This document shows positions 41,473 through 52,898 of a stretch of DNA of 64,000 bases, piece after piece. The notes below the pieces were generated by a model, which made no database searches, had not been told where the DNA came from, and was given only the letters and a program-made list of their open reading frames with translations. Every line of letters starts with the position of its first letter. The first letter of the stretch is position 1. Source of the DNA: Trypethelium eluteriae. Its lineage: Eukaryota. The translations under genes and the position numbers were made by a program. Where the stretch lies: positions 62,001 through 126,000 of the forward strand of contig JAVECL010000002.1 of assembly GCA_051942245.1 (NCBI GenBank), read 5' to 3'.

Positions 41473-41801
41473 ATGCTGCTGGCGGTGAAAGTAGGTGAAA
41501 ACGGAGGTTCGGCGTTTAAAACTACCTATCGTAGAGTACTAGTAATCTTCGAGTCACCACCATTACCTAAGAATCATACCGTAAGCTATGAGGGAGGACC
41601 GGATTTAGGGTACTGTAGATTCCGACGGGCACTCCGGCAGGCTCCGGTCTCTAGCGTATCGTACTGGGAGAAAGCCATGGCAGTCACTCTCTTCCTCTTC
41701 CCAGTGCACGTACATGCACGCAAGCTTGTGAAACGTTCAGGATGTTGACAACCTCTAAAGCTCTACCTGTCTTATGATCTTCCTGATTCACATAGAAAAT
41801 C

Positions 41802-43335
41802 ATGCCATTTCCAAGTGGGGCATGCCAAACATGCAAAACGCGACGAATCAAGGCAAGCATTTCAACCTAACAGCCTCATTGGACCGGCGTTGGCTGATTC
41901 GTTGGTCCAGTGTGACGAGACTAAACCGGCCTGTCAGAGATGCATCAAATCCCAGCGAATCTGCCTTCAGACAAGTCATCCTACCCAGGCTAGCTTCTTG
42001 TTTCATCTTGAGAATCGCTATGCAAGTGGGAAGACAAAGCGTCCGAGAGGACCTCGCTCAGACTTGACTGCGTTACGTCCCCATATTGATCTGCAAACGC
42101 GAGCTCTTGCGTACTATCTGAAATATCATGTACAAGCGTCGACAGAGGTACTCAATGTTTGTGGCGGTCTCTCTGAATTCGTGACTGAGTGGAACGCTTC
42201 AAAAAGGACATGTCCCATGGTCGACCTCGCTCTTGCTTCCGTTGCTCTTTTTGTTTTCGCACAGACACAGCAGTGTCCACTGGCAGCTGCTGAGGCGTCC
42301 GCAAGATATTGCCGGCTTTTGCGGATGGCGAGAGACCAGATTCCGCGCGTGGGAGATCCCGTATCCGACCAAAGAAACTTTGATTCCTGCTTACTTGCCG
42401 TCTTCCTCATGGGCCGATACGAGGGTGCAAGGCATCGTCCTGGAGATCCTCGCTCCAATGCCTGGTCGCATCACGATGGGGCGATGGCAATTCTCAAAGT
42501 TTGGAATGACAATCCAAGTCGCCAGACGGCTACGGCAATGGTCAAGCAAACTAGAAGGGGGTTGATGAGATCCCTTCTACTAAGGGATCTTCGGCTGCCG
42601 GACTGGATGCTGGACGGTGATCAATTCGGTGAGCATGGCCTAGAGCTTGATTATGATCGTATCATAGTTCGAATCATCAATCTCCGATACGCGTCTAAGG
42701 ACCATCCTCAGAGGAGTAGTCCGCTGGTTGTTGGTATTAATACGCTCAACAAAGAGGCACAGGAACTTGATGAGGCTTTGCAGAGTTGGGCTACCAGACT
42801 ATCGATTACTTGCTCCTACCATTTACGCATCCTTACAGCATCTGATTCCTGGCCTAGCACACATTTCTATTCTTCGAGGGTGTATATTTACTCATGCCTA
42901 GAGATTGCCGCGGTCTGGAGTCAGTACTTTGCTGCGAGAATGCTTATCAACAGTACCCGTCTAAGAACCCTCGAATTGACTCGTTTGAGCTTCCTTAACG
43001 ACTTCACTTATGAACAGCAGCGGTTAGAGTGTGTGACCCAATTGAATGCTATGGCCGATAGCCTGGCATCGACTGTACCATATTGTCTTGAGAGGTTTAA
43101 AGTAGATGATTCCACATCCTCTATTCACCAATCACCACTGTTGATCAACACAGACGAAAGGATTAAGCCATACCTAGCCAGCTCGGTGGTGTGGCCATTA
43201 ACCGTTGCCGTTGGACTTGAAGGGATAGATCTAAGGCAACAGCTGTGGTTCAAATCCGAGCTTGCAAGAATGGGGGAAATACTTGGCGACGGCGCTGTTC
43301 AATTTGCCGATAAATGTTCATGGGCTATAGTCTAA
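41802..43335 (+). CDS. Zn(II)2Cys6 transcription factor with GC-AG intron 41853-41910
   Basis: Spliced N-terminus MPFPSGACQTCKTRRIK|CDETKPACQRCIKSQRIC supplies all six Cys; fungal-specific middle region WSHHDGAMAILK. Confidence 0.9.
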
Positions 43336-43835
43336 CGAAGAGAGGGGAAATGGCCAGATCACGGGCCAGCGGCGTTGTAAAGAATCGTTACGGGAAGATA
43401 TACCCTGTCAAGTGTTGGATCAGAGATCAGTCGAAGATTCGAAGGATTGTTGAGACACCCACTACTGGGAAGAAGCACACTCTTCCATTCTGGAATCCTC
43501 GCAGAGTTTCTCCTAACGTGGACTAGCTCTTTTGTGGCAGCCTGTCGGCTTCGCCTCTGTAAACTGACGTCTACCGCTTGATTGGATGGGCAAAGACCTT
43601 AAATCCGAGCTCCATCTTGGAAGGTTCCGATGCCGGATTATTATGATGACCTCGCGTGAGTTTCTCCCAAATGGGAAGCATGACTCGAGTCATCTCGGAT
43701 GCTGTCGCCCTCGCGTACAAGACTTATCTTGTTTTTAAGGGCGTGCAGATTGCTTCGGAATATTTGAATGAGTTTCTCGACTGAATCAACAACCCTCAGC
43801 GTTATTCTGAAGCATTCATTCTTTAGACTTAACAG

Positions 43836-44641
43836 ATGCCTTCTAAAATTATCCTCATCACTGGTGAGGACATACTTCCCCCCTCTAAAGAATCCACCGC
43901 TCATTCAAGGATTGCATAGGAGCCAATTCTGGCGTGGGCTTGGCCACTACGAAAGTTGTAGCGAGCGCTTCTGAAGCTTACCATGTCATCATGGCCGGCC
44001 GATCCCTGGACAAGGTGAAGAGCGCAATGTCGGAAGTTCAGGCGACTGGCGTCAAAGGTTCATTATCTACAATTCAGCTTGACGTTACCAACGAGGATTC
44101 GGTCCAGGAGGCGGCGCAACACGTCGAAGAGAAATATGGACTACTCGATGCGCTTATCAACAATGCCGGGGTTGGCAACAGGAATCCAGACGTGAAGACG
44201 CGCATGCAAAATTGCATGGACACGAACGTCATCGGACCGGCGGTGGTCGCTTCAGTCTTCAGACCACTACTGTTAAAAGCGCAAAAGCCATACTCGATTT
44301 TCGTCAGTAGTGGCTCGGGTTCGCTGACGAGATTTGCGGAGAACCCTCCATCTGGTTACTCCCTCGAGAATGGAGAGGCATATCGAGCAAGCAAGGCCGC
44401 CCTTAATATAATCGCAATCAATGAGGCCAAAGAGTTTGGTCCGAAAGGCTTGATGGTGTTCCCCGTCGCTCCAGGGTTTGTAGTGTCAAATCTTCGGGGA
44501 ACCGAAGAGGAGGCTAGGAATGGCTGGGGAGGTGCTGGAGACCCAATGGTTTCGGGCAGGCTAATGCTTGCTATCCTTGAGGGGAGACGAGATGCAGATG
44601 TGGGCAAACTTGTTCACAAGGATGGAGTCTACCCCTGGTGA
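43836..44641 (+). CDS. Short-chain dehydrogenase/reductase; intron 43864-43919
   Basis: ILITG|ANSGVG Rossmann motif, QLDVT, LINNAG, FVSSGSGS, YRASK catalytic motif, PGFVVSNL. Confidence 0.94.
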
Positions 44642-45018
44642 GGATAATTTCAATATTCACGGTTTATGAAGGCCTGCCAAGGATACCTAGCAAGTAGCTA
44701 CAATTTGGGCGATTTAGAGAATGTAGTCATTCTTACCGCACATCGATACTTTGGTGAAATCGCGAATGAAGCTTCCCTCAAGCCCGGTTTCTCAGCGATC
44801 TTCATTGTGAGAGGAAGCTCCAGAGAAAAGGAAGAAACAACAAGCGAGATAGGCACCGGAGTGCATTTACGATCCCAGCTCTCGAAAATGATTCAGCCAT
44901 TAGAACTCAGATCCAGCAAAGCCTGTCCTCGGCTATCTCCCTACGCAAGTACTCGTCGCTGCATGCTCTCAACCTCGCGACTGCCTCGGCGACGGTGTTC
45001 GTTATCCAGGTCCACTCT

Positions 45019-46315
45019 TCATGTCCCACTCTTCATGTCCCACTCTTCCAAGGACACTTCGTTCAGCCGCATGAACTCTTCACTCATTCCCAACAACCCC
45101 AACCCCTGCCGAACACGTATCTCATTAATCCTTCGCTGAAACTCTCCCAGCGCCACAAAGTCTCTCCAATGCATACTCCGCACATCCAGAAACTCGCCCA
45201 TGATATCCATGAGTTCTCCACGGGGTATGAAGTACCGACCGTTACATTTCGCATATCCGTTGGCCTCGCACACAAAACGCGTGAGAACTTCGACACCAAG
45301 CATGCGCTCAAATACCCAATCCCAGCCAGCTCTCGAAAGTTTGACATGTTGAAGGTTGAGATACTCAAGGGTAGTTGAGTTTTGTTTCATAAGCCGGACA
45401 AGGTGTTGTGCCGGTGAGAAAATATGCTGGATCGAGAGGTGTCTCAATTGATTGAGATGAGTGATGTCCAGTTGGCTGAGCTCGATGATCTCTGGATCCG
45501 AGGCAGCGTCAATTTTAAGCTTGGTGAGGTGGCGTGTCATTTCGATTGTATTGAAGAAAGCTGTATAAGGTAATGTCGTGATTTCATCGGTCCTCCACGG
45601 GTTGACAAGCTTGATGCGAAGATGATGGAGCTGTCTCATAGTTGATTCCAGATTCGTCGCCTCATACTCATCGCCATAAACGAAGGTGGCAAACTCTTCA
45701 TGGCGAGAAAGTGTTACGCTGAGAGTTGTGAGACTTGGGAAAGAACTGAGTCTCAATGCCCTTGTAAACGATGCGACAAGATTGCAGTGCAACCCAATCC
45801 CTGAACCGAATAGCTCGCAGATTAGGGAATAAGCCCAGTCGTGTTGGAAGATCAGACGCGAGAGCGTCGATATACCAACCCAATTTTTCTCCCTGGTTGG
45901 TTGCTCGGAATTCATAACGAGATCCTTGACGGTGTCCAATGACCAGGTTACGGACGTAGATTGCATTATCACTGGACGAGAGCATCAAATATCGCTGGAT
46001 CTTGTGTTCCTCATCCTGAAGCAATGGATCTGTGGCACGATCGCAACCGAAGTCTAAGAGGATGTCCCGAAAGAAAAGCGGGGAGACAACTTGGTTGACG
46101 TTTTTGCTCAGAAGTCGCATGGAGCCCAGGTCTCTCAGAGCTGAAAGGTGTTCTGTTGGGCACATGATGAACGATGAGTGCATTCTGATCGAGCCATCGC
46201 TCGGATTTCGTACGAATCTCGCCATCTGGAATATTGAGTAAATAATGTGCGTTTAAAAATTGGACGATGTCGATGCACTTACTAACAAGAGAATCTCTGG
46301 AGGCAGTCGCTCCAT
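45019..46315 (-). pseudogene. F-box-like/leucine-rich protein with an apparent frameshift near 45770-45810 (pseudogene or sequence error)
   Basis: MERLPPEILLL|intron 46282-46226|...SMRLLSKNVNQVVSPLFFRDILL; LRR-like FPNLRAI, FPSLTTL, LRHLSI, LEYLNL split over two overlapping frames. Confidence 0.6.
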
Positions 46316-46853
46316 TCTGGAGTTGACGAGTAAATGGAAATAGGTTTCGAGAAGCCATTGAGTGAATGAAATAGGTATATAATGAATGCCAAGACAAATG
46401 GTGCAAGGACTTATCCTACACACAATGTGATCGACACTTGTGGGAACACACACGGAATCACCACCGAGGGACTCGGGCATCGGTTCGCCAGTGAACGACT
46501 CGTGACGTCTTTCCGGGTCCTATAGGGCTGGAATTACTTCAAACCAATGCTGTTGGAGTGTCTAGGGCTCTGGGAGTTAACGGATCTCTACATTTGTTCA
46601 ACAATGGGCTCACCAGGCTTGGATTCGAGACGAAACATAGCGCCTCTACACCTGATCTCTTGCTGAAGGTACTAAGTCAAATCCAGTCTTCGACCACGCC
46701 CCAGGCCGATCCCATGCAAACTGAAATCAGGCCCACCATTCTATGGTACATGAAGAGGTCTATTTTAACCCAGGCTTGACTTCGCCCCCCAACTGTGGCA
46801 CCAAAAACCGAACAACGCCCATAAGCCAAGAACTTCCCTGTAGATCCTCATGC

Positions 46854-49800
46854 TTACCGCGCGGCAACGGAAGGGCCTTCCTGAACGTGATATTGCGCCA
46901 TCTTACTGACCATTTTTGAGAAATACTGCATCACAAAACTCTCCCTGACCCAAAGTTAGCAACAGGCAAGGGGGGCCTTCCTTCGAAGAAAATCACCAGG
47001 ATACTCACGTATAGTAACTGTGGTCAGCACTATGGCTTTCTACCAGGTTATGTGCCAGCTCGTGGCACAACACCACCCACCAATAGATCAACGCTTCCCT
47101 CCTCCCCTCCGTCCGTCCCTCAACCCAGCTCCGCCAGTGTAATTGCCCGAAGAACCGATAATTGCAGAATAGGCTTCCTTGCCGATTGAATGCAATAGTG
47201 CCCCCCTTTTCGTCGTAGAAGACATGCAAACCCCCTGGCCGAATTCCAAATATGCTTCCACAGTCCAGCAAGAGCACCGCAAACGCATTAAGCCCCTCTA
47301 CGTTTGCGGCCGCAAATTCGGATTTGTCGGCGATGGCGTTCGACATGAAGATCTTGATCCCGGGAGCCGAAGACCCGTAGTACGAAATATCTTGTCCTGG
47401 GGAGGTGTCACAGTAGGACGCCTGTTCCTTGATGACATTGGTCGCTGGGGATGAGAAGACAGAGGTGCTGTCGTGCGAGCGCGAAGCGTCAATGGCATTG
47501 AGAAGGTTCTGATATGTTGCATGCGGGGCGGTTACGGTTTCAGGGTTGCCAATGGAGCTCTTAATGGCTTTGGTGGGTTTACGATGAGAGGTGTCGTTCT
47601 GGGTATTGGGTGGCGGTGTGTCTTCGGATTCGCGTGACGTTTGATCTTCCGTGGCGGTGGATTGGGATTGGCTCCCGAAAATGTTTTGGAGTTGCCTGGA
47701 GGTGCGGTCGTCGTCGAGACCGAGGGTGCGAGTGAGATTCGAGAAGAAGCCTTTGTTTCTTGCGGGGGCCAGAGGAGCTGGCACGGATGGCGGGTGTCCA
47801 TCTGGCGTATCCGAACCGAACGCTCCCGGCATGGCCTCAGCAGGATTAATAGACTTGCGACTCTTTCCGGTATCCTTTTCTGAATGCACCTCTGTCCAAG
47901 CCTGCTCCTGTTCTCTGAGGCGCTGCTGCTCTTGGTCGATTTGCTTCTGCCGTTCTTCTTCCGCAATGCGTGCTTCAATGGCTTTCTGGCGTAAAATGCG
48001 ATCCGTATTGAAGCCCTTGGCTTTGAGCTTACGAAGATCTGTAGTCAAGATCATCTCCAGCGCCATATAATCGTTTTGACGAGGCTTCCTAAGAATGAGC
48101 GGTAGCAATTCCCGACTAACGTCGAACAAGTCGTATTTTGGGGTCACATGTAACACCCAGCCTCTCCGTGACTCCTTCTCAAGAGCGGCTGTCTTCTTCA
48201 TTGAAACTTTAAGATTGTACCCACGTAGACTCCTTTCGACCGAAAGAGACTGAACTGCTTCAACTAAGAGATTCTTCTCCAGCCACCTGGAAGTGTGGAG
48301 AACCACTTCAGAGCTCTGTTCATGCAGAAGCAGCCTTGTTCTCTCCAGAACAAGGCTACATAACCTGACTGCAGAATCTTGATCTCGGGAGCGACTACCG
48401 GTCCGAAGATAACTCTCAACCAGAGAGCTTAGGTATGGCGTGCCCAGTGCGGAATAGAAGCGCTCTATCACGTCCTCTTGTGGGGCAGCTCGCAACTTGT
48501 CGTAAAAGTGTCTGTAGATGAGAATTTCGTCAACAATGACAATGTCGCTCGCGCTCGCAAGACCGAACTCTCGAATAGACTCCTCATCCTCGGGATCATC
48601 GTAGTCATCATCTAACTCCTCGTCAACGCCTTTGCCCGACTTCTTGACCCGAGGAACTTGCTTGTATGACAAAAGACATGCCGAGCGACGTAAATCTTTC
48701 CAGAGCTGTTTGTCAGCCTTCAGTGTAGTAACGTTATCAGCCAGTCTGCGGAGCATCTCCAAGTATCTCTCGTGACTATCGAAAATTCCCAGCAGGCGCG
48801 CAGGCTCTCGTGCAACCAGAGCTGCAATTTCGACGCTGGTAGGCTCCTGTTTTGAACCGACTTTCAGCAAGAAAGCATTTGCTTCTGGTCCTAAATCGAC
48901 AAAATCGAAGATATCGCCATAAGTGACACCGTCCCCGAGAAAAACAGACTTGGGGGTGGCATGTCTTAGAGCGGAAGGATTCGGCTTAGTGGATTCATTT
49001 TTAGGGGCTTTGGTGATGGGAACTATTGCACACTCCCCGAGTTGTCCGGCTAATGTACCCTGAATCTCGTTAAGTCTTCCAGCCATATAGCCAAACACGC
49101 CTCGGGCTTCCGCCCGTGTTTGTGGCGGATTTTGGGCTACCTGCCTTGCAGCATCGTTAATGTGGGGATCGGGAGCAACGCCAAGCTTCTGTCCATGAGG
49201 GTGAAGATCCTGCCGCAGGATCGAGTATCCAAGTAGTGCGGCATTGGTGTTGGTAAAGCAAGAGCTGGGACTGACCAGTTTCGACAATTTGCCATCCGAA
49301 AGGGGCAGGAAAGGTACGTCTATGCTCGACAGATTGATTTTGAAATAGTTATTATTGGAATGATTGATGATGAAATAGTTCAGGCTATGCTCGTAGCGCT
49401 TAACATCACCACGTTTGGCGGCTTTGACCATTATGTCAATGAGCTCGGGCACAGATGGATATGGTTTTAATCCGAGGAAGGACATGAATTTGCCTTCTGT
49501 AGTGGACGAGTGATACAGACCAGGCCATTGCAGGATAGGTAGGTCCAGGGCACGTAGGTCATTCTTCGGTTCAAAGAGTTCAGAAAGTTTGAACAAACGA
49601 TCCGGTGGTGGTTGCTCGTTGGAGCCTTCCGCGGGGCAGATCGCAGCGTTGCGAAGCCTATCTATGTCTTGCTTGGGAATGTCGTCGCGCACAGAGACCA
49701 GATACCTAATGAGGTCGACGTGACTCCATTTGCCTTGTGTTGCCTTGTCAGAAGATGACTGTGCCATAAGTCGGTCAAAAACCACATTGAGCTCAACCGT

Positions 49801-52227
49801 CTTGCGAACACCAAGCGCAAGCAGAAACTTTTCCTTCGTACCATGTAAGCCATGAATCGTAGGCAAGTCATCGAATAGCTTAACAGATGCAAAGTACGAT
49901 TCAGGAGGTTTACGTAAGCCTTGCTTCGTGGGTATTACAGTTTGTGACCGAAGCAGCCCTACAACTGTCTCTTTAGACGATTGGCTCAAGGCATCCCAGG
50001 CCTTTGAGAGAACGGGCAGTATTTGTGCGGCAAAGGATGTAGATGTTGTGATATTTTGTTCTGGGTCAATTGCTCCTGCACTCGTAACAATGAACTTCAG
50101 CCAAGGTACAACCTGAAGTTCTTCCCAACCAAAAGCCTCCAATGTACTTCGAGCAATACCTTTGGAGAAACGCAACGGGATGGTATCCTGGGGTATAGGG
50201 AGCTCTGCTGGTATCTTCGAAGGGATTTGGAATGCAACGATTTCGCCAAGTACCAATACATTCCCCTTACTGGAGCTACCCTGTGTACCGTTCAGAGTTG
50301 CAACAACGACGCTCATGAGCGTCTTTATGGATGGTGGATCTAGTTGGCCGGTTGAAATTTTAGTTCCTGCCCATTTCAAAAATTCTACGAGCTGAGCTTC
50401 GTTCAAAGCACGTGCTTCGAGCTCATTTTTGATGTCCGTATGAGTTATTTCGGTTAACAGGCCGAAATCCCGCAATTTAGCAACGAAGCCTTTCGCCCCT
50501 TCAGCTAGTGCTTGGGGGATCACGGGAACGCCATCAACGAAACTGAGATCTTCTGTCGCGATACGTACCCGATGGCTGGGCAATACACCCCGCGTTGACA
50601 AGATATCGACGGTAGCGTTTGTATTACATGTCCAGAACGCCTCTTCAATAATCTCGCCAACTTTGGAGGAGGGTGTGGATTCCTGGCAAGTATATTGCTT
50701 TAGTGTATGTATCGCAGTCGGCAGCAGCTCAGCAATTTCCGCCTTTTCGATGCCGCTTTTGGATCGAGCGACGTCTGCGTGGCGTTGTTCAAGCCTGGTC
50801 TTCAGATCTGCCAACTCGCCTCCGTATGCTATTCGGCATGCTATGCCAGCCACTCGAAGCATCTCAATGTTCCACGTTCGGACGTACCGCGCATTAAGGT
50901 CAATACTTTCACGCTCTACGGTTGGTATGACTGAAGGGGCGGAAATATGCGCGAGCAGTCCTGTTGTTTGCGCAGTAGGAAATCCGATGAAAATCCTTCC
51001 ATTTCGCGTAGGAAGCACGGAGGCAAAGATTTCGCCTGCTTTTTTTGTGCCTGAATTGCCCATCGTGGACATGGATGCTACCGTTTCGTCATGGGGCGAA
51101 GTTAGGATGGCAATCCTGGTATGCTTTGGAGGTGGTTTTTTCGTTGCACGTTCCAATTCTTGTGCCAGAGCCTTGGGGACATAGGTCTGAATATTAACAG
51201 TACTTACCCGAAGGAAAACTGTGGCCTGACATTCGCCTGCGAGATCTTCGGCAATCGCACGCTGCGTAGCTTCTTCCTCTCTTACGGCCTGCTTCTTGGC
51301 AGCATTTGCGCTCGAAGAGCTGACGTTCAGTCGTGAGAAAAAGCTCCGCAGCGAAGGGGTAGCATCGCTTGCGTTGTCCGATTGGCTTAGATCTGTCGAC
51401 TTCACCAGAGACCAACCGACAATATTAAGCCATCTAGCATCGATCTGAGCGCTCTGATGTTCGACACCAACAATCTTCATCAGACCTTCTTGGGTTTTGA
51501 GATTAACTTCTCGTGGGAGTTGAACGTCCGCTCCAGGAGCAGTCTTCTTTGTGAGCAGAAGGAGCCTCCACTGGTCCAGATAGAGTTCGATGCATTCCAG
51601 ACCAACAAATGTGAGACTAGTACTGAGGAATTGACATATTGACATGAGATTTGGTACAGGCGAGCTTTGATTTCGGTAGTCAAGGACGAACGCGGTTTCA
51701 GGGGAGACCTGCTGGGTCGGTACTTTTCCCATTCTCGTGAACAAGCTGTTGCCCTTCCAATAAAACGCCATGGTCTGCTGGCCTGAACTGACGAAAGGTG
51801 TCTCACATTCCGAAAAAACGCTGTAGAAGCCCACACCAAAAGCACCAATCTTTGTTTCATCCGGATTTCCTTCTGCAATACGCTTGAGTCTTGCCCAATC
51901 CGTTGACGCAAATGCTTCGCCGTTATTTTTGACTGTCAAACGCTGTAATGTATGATTTAGTAACGTATGCTTGAGGAGGACTGATGGCTCGGTTGCTTGA
52001 GGGACGGGAATATTCCGAGAAGGTAAGGTTTCGAACTTGATGATGACTTTGGTTGCTTGGGCGTCGGCGGCGTTTTGTATTAGCTCACGAAGTGTCGTCC
52101 ATTCTCCGGAGTAACGAGCAAGCACTTTATCGATCAGAGCCCGTGTATTTACAGTGACAGCCTCCTCCTCGCCACCAGCGCCCATGGTCTGTTCGCGAAG
52201 GCGGGCATAGTCAATACCGTCTGCCAT
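46854..52227 (-). CDS. Large (approx. 1770 aa) sacsin-like GHKL ATPase protein with C-terminal HExxH motif (DUF3684-type); single intron 47008-46945
   Basis: RELIQNAADA, NNGEAF, KIGAFGVGFYSVF, IFIGFPTAQTTGLLAHISAP-IPTVERESI; C-terminal LCHELAHNLVESH; last exon ESFVMQYF...VAAR*. Confidence 0.85.
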
Positions 52228-52898
52228 ATTTGGACGCGATGGAGGCTGGGTCGGAAAGATGGAGGAGTCCGAGCGGACAAGATGACAGGCCGATGTACAG
52301 CAACTTTGTTCCGTCTAGCGTCTAGATTTCACGAACAGAGCGAGGAGTGACTGCAAGTGAGCGAGGCAGTTTTCTAAGTCTAGGTGAGAGGCATGGGTAC
52401 GCCACTGACGGATACTGGTGTAGCAAATACGCCGAGAAATGCTAGCATAAAACCCACAAAACACCAAGGCGAAAGAAAGGAAGGAGGTTCAAGGATGTAG
52501 AAGACGTTTACGGTACTGAGGGTTCCGTGTTTGTAGTGTTCTTTCAAGTGCTCAGGTCTCCAAGACGATGTCATCACCGGAGATCCGTGCATGCAGCGTA
52601 CCTCTCACACCTCTGTACGGTAGCCCAGCCCTCCGTACAGCAGAGTACTAGCTAAGGGCTTAGCTCGCGCCAACCAGCGGAACAGAAGCATCACACGGTA
52701 CGGAGTACGGAATACATGCAACATTCATCCATTCGCCGCGGTGACGGTTACTTTTTCCAAGAAGCTTCTACTGGCTTTTGCTGCTGCGCCGCGAACCCTC
52801 AAGGCGCAATGCGCACATTGATCGTGACCATCTTCACAAACATATAGCACCATCCTTTCATTCCTCGGCCCACTCATCATTACCTTCCAAATGTCGCT

